From NCBI GenBank assembly GCA_964057225.1, contig OZ059895.1, positions 496,001 to 560,000 on the forward strand: a stretch of DNA of 64,000 nucleotides. The letters are read 5' to 3'. The translations under genes and the position numbers were made by a program. The notes beneath the pieces are model-generated. The model worked only from the letters and a program-made list of their open reading frames with translations, made no database searches and was not told where the DNA came from. Shown here piece by piece: positions 12,301 through 27,200 of the stretch (position 1 is the first letter of the stretch; each line of letters opens with the position of its first letter). The stretch is from Auanema rhodensis (taxonomy: Eukaryota > Animalia > Nematoda).

Positions 12301-12976
12301 CTTCCAAAAACATTTTGACAAAAATTTTTTCGAAAAATTTCAAAATAATTTAGCAAAAAGTAGATGTTTTTAGATTTCATTTTTCAAGGCAAAGACGATA
12401 GACAATGTTATTCAACGAAAAAATTAATTCTTCAGGGTGAAAATCGAGGATATAAGTGTGAACTTATATCAGTTGATATCTCGGTGCATTTTTAAGCTAG
12501 CGCAAATCTGATAACACAGATCGACGCAGCTTAAAAATCCGCATCGAATGCACTATACTACATTGAGAAACGCTTAATACAAAAATTAGTTATGATCGTT
12601 TGAAAAATGATGCATTAGTGTATGTTGAGTTTCCATGTACACTCAACATTGCTTCCAAAAACATTTTGACAAAAATTTTTTTGAAAAATTTCAAAATAAT
12701 TTAGCAAAAAGTAGATGTTTTTAGATTCCATTTTTCAAAGCAAAGACGATGGACAATGTTATTCAACGAAAAAATTAATTCTTCAGGGTGAAAATCGAGG
12801 ATATAAGTGTGAACTTATATCAGTTGATATCTCGGTGCATTTTTAAGTTAGCGCAAATCTGATAACACAGATCGACGCAGCTTAAAAATCCGCATCGAAT
12901 GCACTATACTACATTGAGAAACGCTTAATACAAAAATTAGTTATGATCGTTTGAAAAATGATGCATTAGTGTATGT

Positions 12977-15900
12977 TGAGTTTCCATGTACACTCAACAT
13001 TGCTTCCAAAAACATTTTGACAAAAATTTTTTCGAAACATTTCAAAATAATTTAGCAAAAAGTAGATGTTTTTAGATTCCTTTTTTTGAGGCAAAGACGA
13101 TGGACAATGTTATTCAACGAAAAAATTAATTCTTCAGGGTGAAAATTGAGGATATAAGTGTGAACTTATATCAGTTGATATCTCGGTGCATTTTTAAGCT
13201 AGCGCAAATCTGATAACACAAATCGACGCAGCTTAAAAATCCGCATCGAATGCACTATACTACATTGAGAAACGCTCAATACAAAAATTAGTTATGATCG
13301 TTTGAAAAATGATGCATTAGTGTATGTTGAGTTTCCATGTACACTCAACATTGCTTCCAAAAACATTTTGACAAAAATTTTTTCGAAACATTTCAAAATA
13401 ATTTAGCAAAAAGTAGATGTTTTTAGATTCCTTTTTTCAAGGCAAAGACGATGGACAATGTTATTCAACGAAAAAATTAATTCTTCAGGGTGAAAATCGA
13501 GGATATAAGTGTGAACTTATATCAGTTGATATCTCGGTGCATTTTTAAGCTAGCGCAAATCTGATAACACAGATCGACGCAGCTTAAAAATCCGCATCGA
13601 ATGCACTATACTACATTGAGAAACGCTTAATACAAAAATTAGTTATGATCGTTTGAAAAATGATGCATTAGTGTATGTTGAGTTTCCATGTACACTCAAC
13701 ATTGCTTCCAAAAACATTTTGACAAAAAGTTTTTCGAAAAATTTCAAAATAATTTAGCAAAAAGTAGATGTTTTTAGATTTCTTTTTTCAAGGCAAAGAC
13801 GATGGACAATGTTATTCAACGAAAAAAATAATTCTTCAGGGTGAAAATCGAGGATATAAGTGTGAACTTATATCAGTTGATATCTCGGTGCATTTTTAAG
13901 CTAGCGCAAATCTGATAACACAGATCGACGCAGCTTAAAAATCCGCATCGAATGCACTATACTACACTGAGAAACGCTTAATACAAAAATTAGTTATGAT
14001 CGTTTGAAAAATGATGCATTAGTGTATGTTGAGTTTCCATGTACACTCAACATTGCTTCCAAAAACATTTTGACAAAAATTTTTTCGAAAAATTTCAAAA
14101 TAATTTAGCAAAAAGTACATGTTTTTAGATTCCATTTTTCAAGGCAAAGACGATAGACAATGTTATTCAATGAAAAAATTAATTCTTCAGGGTGAAAATC
14201 GAGGATATAAGTGTGAACTTATATCAGTTAATATCTCGGTGCATTTTTAAGCTAGCGCAAATCTGATAACACAGATCGACGCAGCTTAAAAATCCGCATC
14301 GAATGCACTATACTACATTGAGAAACGCTTAATACAAAAATTAGTTATGATCGTTTGAAAAATGATGCATTAGTGTATGTTGAGTTTCCATGTACACTCA
14401 ACATTGCTTCCAAAAACATTTTGACAAAAATTTTTTCGAAACATTTCAAAATAATTTAGCAAAAAGTAGATGTTTTTAGATTCCTTTTTTTGAGGCAAAG
14501 ACGATGGACAATGTTATTCAACGAAAAAATTAATTCTTCAGGGTGAAAATTGAGGATATAAGTGTGAACTTATATCAGTTGATATCTCGGTGCATTTTTA
14601 AGCTAGCGCAAATCTGATAACACAAATCGACGCAGCTTAAAAATCCGCATCGAATGCACTATACTACATTGAGAAACGCTCAATACAAAAATTAGTTATG
14701 ATCGTTTGAAAAATGATGCATTAGTGTATGTTGAGTTTCCATGTACACTCAACATTGCTTCCAAAAACATTTTGACAAAAAGTTTTTCGAAAAATTTCAA
14801 AATAATTTAGCAAAAAGTAGATGTTTTTAGATTTTTTTTTTCAAGGCAAAGACGATGGACAATGTTATTCAACGAAAAAAATAATTCTTCAGGGTGAAAA
14901 TCGAGGATATAAGTGTGAACTTATATCAGTTGATATCTCGGTGCATTTTTAAGCTAGCGCAAATCTGATAACACAGATCGACGCAGCTTAAAAATCCGCA
15001 TCGAATGCACTATACTACATTGAGAAACGCTTAATACAAAAATTAGTTATGATCGTTTGAAAAATGATGCATTAGTGTATGTTGAGTTTCCATGTACACT
15101 CAACATTGCTTCCAAAAACATTTTGACAAAAAGTTTTTCGAAAAATTTCAAAATAATTTAGCAAAAAGTAGATGTTTTTAGATTTCTTTTTTCAAGGCAA
15201 AGACGATGGACAATGTTATTCAACGAAAAAAATAATTCTTCAGGGTGAAAATCGAGGATATAAGTGTGAACTTATATCAGTTGATATCTCGGTGCATTTT
15301 TAAGCTAGCGCAAATCTGATAACACAGATCGACGCAGCTTAAAAATCCGCATCGAATGCACTATACTACACTGAGAAACGCTTAATACAAAAATTAGTTA
15401 TGATCGTTTGAAAAATGATGCATTAGTGTATGTTGAGTTTCCATGTACACTCAACATTGCTTCCAAAAACATTTTGACAAAAATTTTTTCGAAAAATTTC
15501 AAAATAATTTAGCAAAAAGTACATGTTTTTAGATTCCATTTTTCAAGGCAAAGACGATAGACAATGTTATTCAATGAAAAAATTAATTCTTCAGGGTGAA
15601 AATCGAGGATATAAGTGTGAACTTATATCAGTTGATATCTCGGTGCATTTTTAAGCTAGCGCAAATCTGATAACACAGATCGACGCAGCTTAAAAATCCG
15701 CATCGAATGCACTATACTACATTGAGAAACGCTTAATACAAAAATTAGTTATGATCGTTTGAAAAATGATGCATTAGTGTATGTTGAGTTTCCATGTACA
15801 TTCAACATTGCTTCCAAAAACATTTTGACAAAAATTTTTTCGAAACATTTCAAAATAATTTAGCAAAAAGTAGATGTTTTTAGATTCCTTTTTTTGAGGC

Positions 15901-18900
15901 AAAGACGATGGACAATGTTATTCAACGAAAAAATTAATTCTTCAGGGTGAAAATTGAGGATATAAGTGTGAACTTATATCAGTTGATATCTCGGTGCATT
16001 TTTAAGCTAGCGCAAATCTGATAACACAAATCGACGCAGCTTAAAAATCCGCATCGAATGCACTATACTACATTGAGAAACGCTCAATACAAAAATTAGT
16101 TATGATCGTTTGAAAAATGATGCATTAGTGTATGTTGAGTTTCCATGTACACTCAACATTGCTTCCAAAAACATTTTGACAAAAAGTTTTTCGAAAAATT
16201 TCAAAATAATTTAGCAAAAAGTAGATGTTTTTAGATTTTTTTTTTCAAGGCAAAGACGATGGACAATGTTATTCAACGAAAAAAATAATTCTTCAGGGTG
16301 AAAATCGAGGATATAAGTGTGAACTTATATCAGTTGATATCTCGGTGCATTTTTAAGCTAGCGCAAATCTGATAACACAGATCGACGCAGCTTAAAAATC
16401 CGCATCGAATGCACTATACTACACTGAGAAACGCTTAATACAAAAATTAGTTATGATCGTTTGAAAAATGATGCATTAGTGTATGTTGAGTTTCCATGTA
16501 CACTCAACATTGCTTCCAAAAACCTTTTGACAAAAATTTTTTCGAAAAATTTCAAAATAATTTAGCAAAAAGTACATGTTTTTAGATTCCATTTTTCAAG
16601 GCAAAGACGATAGACAATGTTATTCAATGAAAAAATTAATTCTTCAGGGTGAAAATCGAGGATATAAGTGTGAACTTATATCAGTTGATATCTCGGTGCA
16701 TTTTTAAGCTAGCGCAAATCTGATAACACAGATCGACGCAGCTTAAAAATCCGCATCGAATGCACTATACTACATTGAGAAACGCTTAATACAAAAATTA
16801 GTTATGATCGTTTGAAAAATGATGCATTAGTGTATGTTGAGTTTCCATGTACACTCAACATTGCTTCCAAAAACATTTTGACAAAAATTTTTTCGAAACA
16901 TTTCAAAAAAATTTAGCAAAAAGTAGATGTTTTTAGATTCCTTTTTTTGAGGCAAAGACGATGGACAATGTTATTCAACGAAAAAATTAATTCTTCAGGG
17001 TGAAAATTGAGGATATAAGTGTGAACTTATATCAGTTGATATCTCGGTGCATTTTTAAGCTAGCGCAAATCTGATAACACAAATCGACGCAGCTTAAAAA
17101 TCCGCATCGAATGCACTATACTACATTGAGAAACGCTCAATACAAAAATTAGTTATGATCGTTTGAAAAATGATGCATTAGTGTATGTTGAGTTTCCATG
17201 TACACTCAACATTGCTTCCAAAAACATTTTGACAAAAATTTTTTCGAAAAATTTCAAAATAATTTAGCAAAAAGTAGATGTTTTTAGATTTCATTTTTCA
17301 AGGCAAAGACGATAGACAATGTTATTCAACGAAAAAATTAATTCTTCAGGGTGAAAATCGAGGATATAAGTGTGAACTTATATCAGTTGATATCTCGGTG
17401 CATTTTTAAGCTAGCGCAAATCTGATAACACAGATCGACGCAGCTTAAAAATCCGCATCGAATGCACTATACTACATTGAGAAACGCTTAATACAAAAAT
17501 TAGTTATGATCGTTTGAAAAATGATGCATTAGTGTATGTTGAGTTTCCATGTACACTCAACATTGCTTCCAAAAACATTTTGACAAAAATTTTTTCGAAA
17601 CATTTCAAAATAATTTAGCAAAAAGTAGATGTTTTTAGATTCCTTTTTTCAAGGCAAAGACGATGGACAATGTTATTCAACGAAAAAATTAATTCTTCAG
17701 GGTGAAAATCGAGGATATAAGTGTGAACTTATATCAGTTGATATCTCGGTGCATTTTTAAGCTAGCGCAAATCTGATAACACAGATCGACGCAGCTTAAA
17801 AATCCGCATCGAATGCACTATACTACATTGAGAAACGCTCAATACAAAAATTAGTTATGATCGTTTGAAAAATGATGCATTAGTGTATGTTGAGTTTCCA
17901 TGTACACTCAACATTGCTTCCAAAAACATTTTGACAAAAAGTTTTTCGAAAAATTTCAAAATAATTTAGCAAAAAGTAGATGTTTTTAGATTTTTTTTTT
18001 CAAGGCAAAGACGATGGACAATGTTATTCAACGAAAAAAATAATTCTTCAGGGTGAAAATCGAGGATATAAGTGTGAACTTATATCAGTTGATATCTCGG
18101 TGCATTTTTAAGCTAGCGCAAATCTGATAACACAGATCGACGCAGCTTAAAAATCCGCATCGAATGCACTATACTACACTGAGAAACGCTTAATACAAAA
18201 ATTAGTTATGATCGTTTGAAAAATGATGCATTAGTGTATGTTGAGTTTCCATGTACACTCAACATTGCTTCCAAAAACCTTTTGACAAAAATTTTTTCGA
18301 AAAATTTCAAAATAATTTAGCAAAAAGTACATGTTTTTAGATTCCATTTTTCAAGGCAAAGACGATAGACAATGTTATTCAATGAAAAAATTAATTCTTC
18401 AGGGTGAAAATCGAGGATATAAGTGTGAACTTATATCAGTTGATATCTCGGTGCATTTTTAAGCTAGCGCAAATCTGATAACACAGATCGACGCAGCTTA
18501 AAAATCCGCATCGAATGCACTATACTACATTGAGAAACGCTTAATACAAAAATTAGTTATGATCGTTTGAAAAATGATGCATTAGTGTATGTTGAGTTTC
18601 CATGTACACTCAACATTGCTTCCAAAAACATTTTGACAAAAATTTTTTCGAAACATTTCAAAAAAATTTAGCAAAAAGTAGATGTTTTTAGATTCCTTTT
18701 TTTGAGGCAAAGACGATGGACAATGTTATTCAACGAAAAAATTAATTCTTCAGGGTGAAAATTGAGGATATAAGTGTGAACTTATATCAGTTGATATCTC
18801 GGTGCATTTTTAAGCTAGCGCAAATCTGATAACACAAATCGACGCAGCTTAAAAATCCGCATCGAATGCACTATACTACATTGAGAAACGCTCAATACAA

Positions 18901-21900
18901 AAATTAGTTATGATCGTTTGAAAAATGATGCATTAGTGTATGTTGAGTTTCCATGTACACTCAACATTGCTTCCAAAAACATTTTGACAAAAATTTTTTC
19001 GAAAAATTTCAAAATAATTTAGCAAAAAGTAGATGTTTTTAGATTTCATTTTTCAAGGCAAAGACGATAGACAATGTTATTCAACGAAAAAATTAATTCT
19101 TCAGGGTGAAAATCGAGGATATAAGTGTGAACTTATATCAGTTGATATCTCGGTGCATTTTTAAGCTAGCGCAAATCTGATAACACAGATCGACGCAGCT
19201 TAAAAATCCGCATCGAATGCACTATACTACATTGAGAAACGCTTAATACAAAAATTAGTTATGATCGTTTGAAAAATGATGCATTAGTGTATGTTGAGTT
19301 TCCATGTACACTCAACATTGCTTCCAAAAACATTTTGACAAAAATTTTTTCGAAACATTTCAAAATAATTTAGCAAAAAGTAGATGTTTTTAGATTCCTT
19401 TTTTCAAGGCAAAGACGATGGACAATGTTATTCAACGAAAAAATTAATTCTTCAGGGTGAAAATCGAGGATATAAGTGTGAACTTATATCAGTTGATATC
19501 TCGGTGCATTTTTAAGCTAGCGCAAATCTGATAACACAGATCGACGCAGCTTAAAAATCCGCATCGAATGCACTATACTACATTGAGAAACGCTTAATAC
19601 AAAAATTAGTTATGATCGTTTGAAAAATGATGCATTAGTGTATGTTGAGTTTCCATGTACACTCAACATTGCTTCCAAAAACATTTTGACAAAAATTTTT
19701 TCGAAACATTTCAAAATAATTTAGCAAAAAGTAGATGTTTTTAGATTCCTTTTTTCAAGGCAAAGACGATGGACAATGTTATTCAACGAAAAAATTAATT
19801 CTTCAGGGTGAAAATCGAGGATATAAGTGTGAACTTATATCAGTTGATATCTCGGTGCATTTTTAAGCTAGCGCAAATCTGATAACACAGATCGACGCAG
19901 CTTAAAAATCCGCATCGAATGCACTATACTACATTGAGAAACGCTTAATACAAAAATTAGTTATGATCGTTTGAAAAATGATGCATTAGTGTATGTTGAG
20001 TTTCCATGTACACTCAACATTGCTTCCAAAAACATTTTGACAAAAAGTTTTTCGAAAAATTTCAAAATAATTTAGCAAAAAGTAGATGTTTTTAGATTTC
20101 TTTTTTCAAGGCAAAGACGATGGACAATGTTATTCAACGAAAAAAATAATTCTTCAGGGTGAAAATCGAGGATATAAGTGTGAACTTATATCAGTTGATA
20201 TCTCGGTGCATTTTTAAGCTAGCGCAAATCTGATAACACAGATCGACGCAGCTTAAAAATCCGCATCGAATGCACTATACTACACTGAGAAACGCTTAAT
20301 ACAAAAATTAGTTATGATCGTTTGAAAAATGATGCATTAGTGTATGTTGAGTTTCCATGTACACTCAACATTGCTTCCAAAAACATTTTGACAAAAATTT
20401 TTTCGAAACATTTCAAAATAATTTAGCAAAAAGTAGATGTTTTTAGATTCCTTTTTTCAAGGCAAAGACGATGGACAATGTTATTCAACGAAAAAATTAA
20501 TTCTTCAGGGTGAAAATCGAGGATATAAGTGTGAACTTATATCAGTTGATATCTCGGTGCATTTTTAAGCTAGCGCAAATCTGATAACACAGATCGACGC
20601 AGCTTAAAAATCCGCATCGAATGCACTATACTACATTGAGAAACGCTTAATACAAAAATTAGTTATGATCGTTTGAAAAATGATGCATTAGTGTATGTTG
20701 AGTTTCCATGTACACTCAACATTGCTTCCAAAAACATTTTGACAAAAATTTTTTCGAAACATTTCAAAATAATTTAGCAAAAAGTAGATGTTTTTAGATT
20801 CCTTTTTTCAAGGCAAAGACGATGGACAATGTTATTCAACGAAAAAATTAATTCTTCAGGGTGAAAATCGAGGATATAAGTGTGAACTTATATCAGTTGA
20901 TATCTCGGTGCATTTTTAAGCTAGCGCAAATCTGATAACACAGATCGACGCAGCTTAAAAATCCGCATCGAATGCACTATACTACATTGAGAAACGCTTA
21001 ATACAAAAATTAGTTATGATCGTTTGAAAAATGATGCAATAGTGTATGTTGAGTTTCCATGTACACTCAACATTGCTTCCAAAAACATTTTGACAAAAAT
21101 TTTTTCGAAAAATTTCAAAATAATTTAGCAAAAAGTACATGTTTTTAGATTCCATTTTTCAAGGCAAAGACGATAGACAATGTTATTCAATGAAAAAATT
21201 AATTCTTCAGGGTGAAAATCGAGGATATAAGTGTGAACTTATATCAGTTGATATCTCGGTGCATTTTTAAGCTAGCGCAAATCTGATAACACAGATCGAC
21301 GCAGCTTAAAAATCCGCATCGAATGCACTATACTACATTGAGAAACGCTTAATACAAAAATTAGTTATGATCGTTTGAAAAATGATGCATTAGTGTATGT
21401 TGAGTTTCCATGTACACTCAACATTGCTTCCAAAAACATTTTGACAAAAATTTTTTCGAAACATTTCAAAATAATTTAGCAAAAAGTAGATGTTTTTAGA
21501 TTCCTTTTTTCAAGGCAAAGACGATGGACAATGTTATTCAACGAAAAAATTAATTCTTCAGGGTGAAAATCGAGGATATAAGTGTGAACTTATATCAGTT
21601 GATATCTCGGTGCATTTTTAAGCTAGCGCAAATCTGATAACACAGATCGACGCAGCTTAAAAATCCGCATCGAATGCACTATACTACATTGAGAAACGCT
21701 TAATACAAAAATTAGTTATGATCGTTTGAAAAATGATGCATTAGTGTATGTTGAGTTTCCATGTACACTCAACATTGCTTCCAAAAACATTTTGACAAAA
21801 AGTTTTTCGAAAAATTTCAAAATAATTTAGCAAAAAGTAGATGTTTTTAGATTTCTTTTTTCAAGGCAAAGACGATGGACAATGTTATTCAACGAAAAAA

Positions 21901-24208
21901 ATAATTCTTCAGGGTGAAAATCGAGGATATAAGTGTGAACTTATATCAGTTGATATCTCGGTGCATTTTTAAGCTAGCGCAAATCTGATAACACAGATCG
22001 ACGCAGCTTAAAAATCCGCATCGAATGCACTATACTACATTAAGAAACGCTTGATACAAAAATTAGTTATGATCGTTTGAAAAATGATGCATTAGTGTAT
22101 GTTGAGTTTCCATGTACACTCAACATTGCTTCCAAAAACATTTTGACAAAAATTTTTTCGAAAAATTTCAAAATAATTTAGCAAAAAGTACATGTTTTTA
22201 GATTCCATTTTTCAAGGCAAAGACGATAGACAATGTTATTCAATGAAAAAATTAATTCTTCAGGGTGAAAATCGAGGATATAAGTGTGAACTTATATCAG
22301 TTGATATCTCGGTGCATTTTTAAGCTAGCGCAAATCTGATAACACAGATCGACGCAGCTTAAAAATCCGCATCGAATGCACTATACTACATTGAGAAACG
22401 CTTAATACAAAAATTAGTTATGATCGTTTGAAAAATGATGCATTAGTGTATGTTGAGTTTCCATGTACACTCAACATTGCTTCCAAAAACATTTTGACAA
22501 AAATTTTTTCGAAACATTTCAAAATAATTTAGCAAAAAGTAGATGTTTTTAGATTCCTTTTTTCAAGGCAAAGACGATGGACAATGTTATTCAACGAAAA
22601 AATTAATTCTTCAGGGTGAAAATCGAGGATATAAGTGTGAACTTATATCAGTTGATATCTCGGTGCATTTTTAAGCTAGCGCAAATCTGATAACACAGAT
22701 CGACGCAGCTTAAAAATCCGCATCGAATGCACTATACTACATTGAGAAACGCTTAATACAAAAATTAGTTATGATCGTTTGAAAAATGATGCATTAGTGT
22801 ATGTTGAGTTTCCATGTACACTCAACATTGCTTCCAAAAACATTTTGACAAAAATTTTTTCGAAACATTTCAAAATAATTTAGCAAAAAGTAGATGTTTT
22901 TAGATTCCTTTTTTCAAGGCAAAGACGATGGACAATGTTATTCAACGAAAAAATTAATTCTTCAGGGTGAAAATCGAGGATATAAGTGTGAACTTATATC
23001 AGTTGATATCTCGGTGCATTTTTAAGCTAGCGCAAATCTGATAACACAGATCGACGCAGCTTAAAAATCCGCATCGAATGCACTATACTACATTGAGAAA
23101 CGCTTAATACAAAAATTAGTTATGATCGTTTGAAAAATGATGCATTAGTGTATGTTGAGTTTCCATGTACACTCAACATTGCTTCCAAAAACATTTTGAC
23201 AAAAAGTTTTTCGAAAAATTTCAAAATAATTTAGCAAAAAGTAGATGTTTTTAGATTTCTTTTTTCAAGGCAAAGACGATGGACAATGTTATTCAACGAA
23301 AAAAATAATTCTTCAGGGTGAAAATCGAGGATATAAGTGTGAACTTATATCAGTTGATATCTCGGTGCATTTTTAAGCTAGCGCAAATCTGATAACACAG
23401 ATCGATGCAGCTTAAAAATCCGCATCGAATGCACTATACTACACTGAGAAACGCTTAATACAAAAATTAGTTATGATCGTTTGAAAAATGATGCATTAGT
23501 GTATGTTGAGTTTCCATGTACACTCAACATTGCTTCCAAAAACATTTTGACAAAAATTTTTTCGAAAAATTTCAAAATAATTTAGCAAAAAGTACATGTT
23601 TTTAGATTCCATTTTTCAAGGCAAAGACGATAGACAATGTTATTCAATGAAAAAATTAATTCTTCAGGGTGAAAATCGAGGATATAAGTGTGAACTTATA
23701 TCAGTTGATATCTCGGTGCATTTTTAAGCTAGCGCAAATCTGATAACACAGATCGACGCAGCTTAAAAATCCGCATCGAATGCACTATACTACATTGAAA
23801 AACGCTTAATACAAAAATTAGTTATGATCGTTTGAAAAATGATGCATTAGTGTATGTTGAGTTTCCATGTAAACTAAACATTGCTTCCAAAAACATTTTG
23901 ACAAAAATTTTTTCGAAAAATTTCAAAATAATTTAGCAAAAAGTAGATGTTTTTAGATTCCTTTTTTCAAGGCAAAGACGATGGACAATGTTATTCAACG
24001 AAAAAATTATTTCTTCAGGGTGAAAATCGAGGATATAAGTGTGAACTTATATCAGTTGATATCTCGGTGCATTTTTAAGCTAGCGCAAATCTGATAACAC
24101 AGATCGACGCAGCTTAAAAATCCGCATCGAATGCACTATACTACATTGAGAAACGTTTAATACAAAAATTAGTTATGATCGTTTGAAAAATGATGCATTA
24201 GTGTATGT
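12977..24208. repeat. Array sub-domain II
   Basis: First appearance of monomer types TTTGAGGC/AATTGAGG/CTCAATAC (12977), AAAAGTTTT/AAATAATTC/ACACTGAG (13679) and GTACATG/CAATGAAA (14030). Confidence 0.8.
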
Positions 24209-27200
24209 TGAGTTTCCATGTACACTCAACATTGCTTCCAAAAACATTTTGACAAAAATTTTTTCGAAAAATTTCAAAATAATGTAGCAAAAAGTAGATG
24301 TTTTTAGATTCCTTATTTCAAGGCAAAAACGATAGACAATGTTATTCAACGAAAAAATTAATTCTTCAGTGTGAAAATCGAGGATATAAGTGTGAACTTA
24401 TATCAGTTGATATCTCGGTGCATTTTTAAGCTAGCGCAAATCTGATAACACAGATCGACGCAGCTTAAAAATCCGCATCGAATGCACTATACTACATTGA
24501 GAAACGCTTGATACAAAAATTAGTTATGATCGTTTGAAAAATGATGCATTAGTGTATGTTGAGTTTCCATGTACACTCAACATTGCTTCCAAAAACATTT
24601 TGACAAAAATTTTTTCGAAAAATTTCAAGATAATGTAGCAAAAAGTAGATGTTTTTAGATTCCTTTTTTCAAGGCGAAGACGATGGACAAAGTTATTCAA
24701 CGAAAAAATTGATTCTTCAGGGTGAAAATCGAGGATATAAGTTTGAACTTATATCAGTTGATATCTCGGTGCATTTTTAAGTTAGCGCAAATCTGATAAC
24801 ACAGATCGACGCAGCTTACAAATCCGCATCGAATGCACTATACTACATTGAGAAACGCTAAATACAAAAATTAGTTATGATCGTTTGAAAAATGATGCAT
24901 TAGTGTATGTTGAGTTTCCATGTACACTCAACATTGCTTCCAAAAACATTTTGACAAAAATTTTTTCGAAAAATTTCAAAATAATTTAGCAAAAAGTACA
25001 TGTTTTTAGATTCCATTTTTCAAGGCAAAGACGATAGACAATGTTATTCAATGAAAAAATTAATTCTTCAGGGTGAAAATCGAGGATATAAGTGTGAACT
25101 TATATCAGTTGATATCTCGGTGCATTTTTAAGCTAGCGCAAATCTGATAACACAGATCGACGCAGCTTAAAAATCCGCATCGAATGCACTATACTACATT
25201 GAGAAACGCTTAATACAAAAATTTGTTATGATCGTTTGAAAAATGATGCATTAGTGTATGTTGAGTTTCCATGTACACTCAACATTGCTTCCAAAAACAT
25301 TTTGACAAAAATTTTTTCGAAACATTTCAAAATAATTTAGCAAAAAGTAGATGTTTTTAGATTCCTTTTTTCAAGGCAAAGACGATGGACAATGTTATTC
25401 AACGAAAAAATTAATTCTTCAGGGTGAAAATCGAGGATATAAGTGTGAACTTATATCAGTTGATATCTCGGTGCATTTTTAAGCTAACGCAAATCTGATA
25501 ACACAGATCGACGCAGCTTAAAAATCCGCATCGAATGCACTATACTACATTGAGAAACGCTTAATACAAAAATTTGTTATGATCGTTTGAAAAATGATGC
25601 ATTAGTGTATGTTGAGTTTCCATGTACACTCAACATTGCTTCCAAAAACATTTTGACAAAAATTTTTTCGAAACATTTCAAAATAATTTAGCAAAAAGTA
25701 GATGTTTTTAGATTCCTTTTTTCAAGGCAAAGACGATGGACAATGTTATTCAACGAAAAAATTAATTCTTCAGGGTGAAAATCGAGGATATAAGTGTGAA
25801 CTTATATCAGTTGATATCTCGGTGCATTTTTAAGCTAACGCAAATCTGATAACACAGATCGACGCAGCTTAAAAATCCGCATCGAATGCACTATACTACA
25901 TTGAGAAACGCTTGATACAAAAATTAGTTATGATCGTTTGAAAAATGATGCATTAGTGTATGTTGAGTTTCCATGTACACTCAACATTGCTTCCAAAAAC
26001 ATTTTGACAAAAATTTTTTCGAAAAATTTCAAGATAATGTAGCAAAAAGTAGATGTTTTTAGATTCCTTTTTTCAAGGCGAAGACGATGGACAAAGTTAT
26101 TCAACGAAAAAATTGATTCTTCAGGGTGAAAATCGAGGATATAAGTTTGAACTTATATCAGTTGATATCTCGGTGCATTTTTAAGTTAGCGCAAATCTGA
26201 TAACACAGATCGACGCAGCTTACAAATCTGCATCGAATGCACTATACTACATTGAGAAACGCTAGATACAAAAATTAGTTATGATCGTTTGAAAAATGAT
26301 GCATTAGTGTATGTTGAGTTTCCATGTACACTCAACATTGCTTCCAAAAACATTTTGACAAAAATTTTTTCGAAAAATTTCAAAATAATTTAGCAAAAAG
26401 TACATGTTTTTAGATTCCATTTTTCAAGACAAAGACGATAGACAATGTTATTCAATGAAAAAATTAATTCTTCAGGGTGAAAATCGAGGATATAAGTGTG
26501 AACTTATATCAGTTGATATCTCGGTGCATTTTTAAGCTAGCGCAAATCTGATAACACAGATCGACGCAGCTTAAAAATCCGCATCGAATGCACTATACTA
26601 CATTGAGAAACGCTTAATACAAAAATTAGTTATGATCGTTTGAAAAATGATGCATTAGTGTATGTTGAGTTTCCATGTACACTCAACATTGCTTCCAAAA
26701 ACATTTTGACAAAAATTTTTTCGAAAAATTTCAAAATAATGTAGCAAAAAGTAGATGTTTTTAGATTCCTTATTTCAAGGCAAAAACGATAGACAATGTT
26801 ATTCAACGAAAAAATTAATTCTTCAGTGTGAAAATCGAGGATATAAGTGTGAACTTATATCAGTTGATATCTCGGTGCATTTTTAAGCTAGCGCAAATCT
26901 GATAACACAGATCGACGCAGCTTAAAAATCCGCATCGAATGCACTATACTACATTGAGAAACGCTTGATACAAAAATTAGTTATGATCGTTTGAAAAATG
27001 ATGCATTAGTGTATGTTGAGTTTCCATGTACACTCAACATTGCTTCCAAAAACATTTTGACAAAAATTTTTTCGAAAAATTTCAAAATAATGTAGCAAAA
27101 AGTAGATGTTTTTAGATTCCTTTTTTCAAGGCGAAGACGATGGACAAAGTTATTCAACGAAAAAATTGATTCTTCAGGGTGAAAATCGAGGATATAAGTG

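Larger units (their letters stand above)
1..12976. repeat. Array sub-domain I (early variant set)
   Basis: Variants seen essentially only here: CAAAACAGAG, GACAATGG, GATATATGTG, GGGAGAAA, CGGGGCAT, AATATGATA, AATTTGGATC/AATTCGGATC, TTTTTGAAAAA. Contains all three length-variant monomers. Boundary approximate. Confidence 0.8.
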
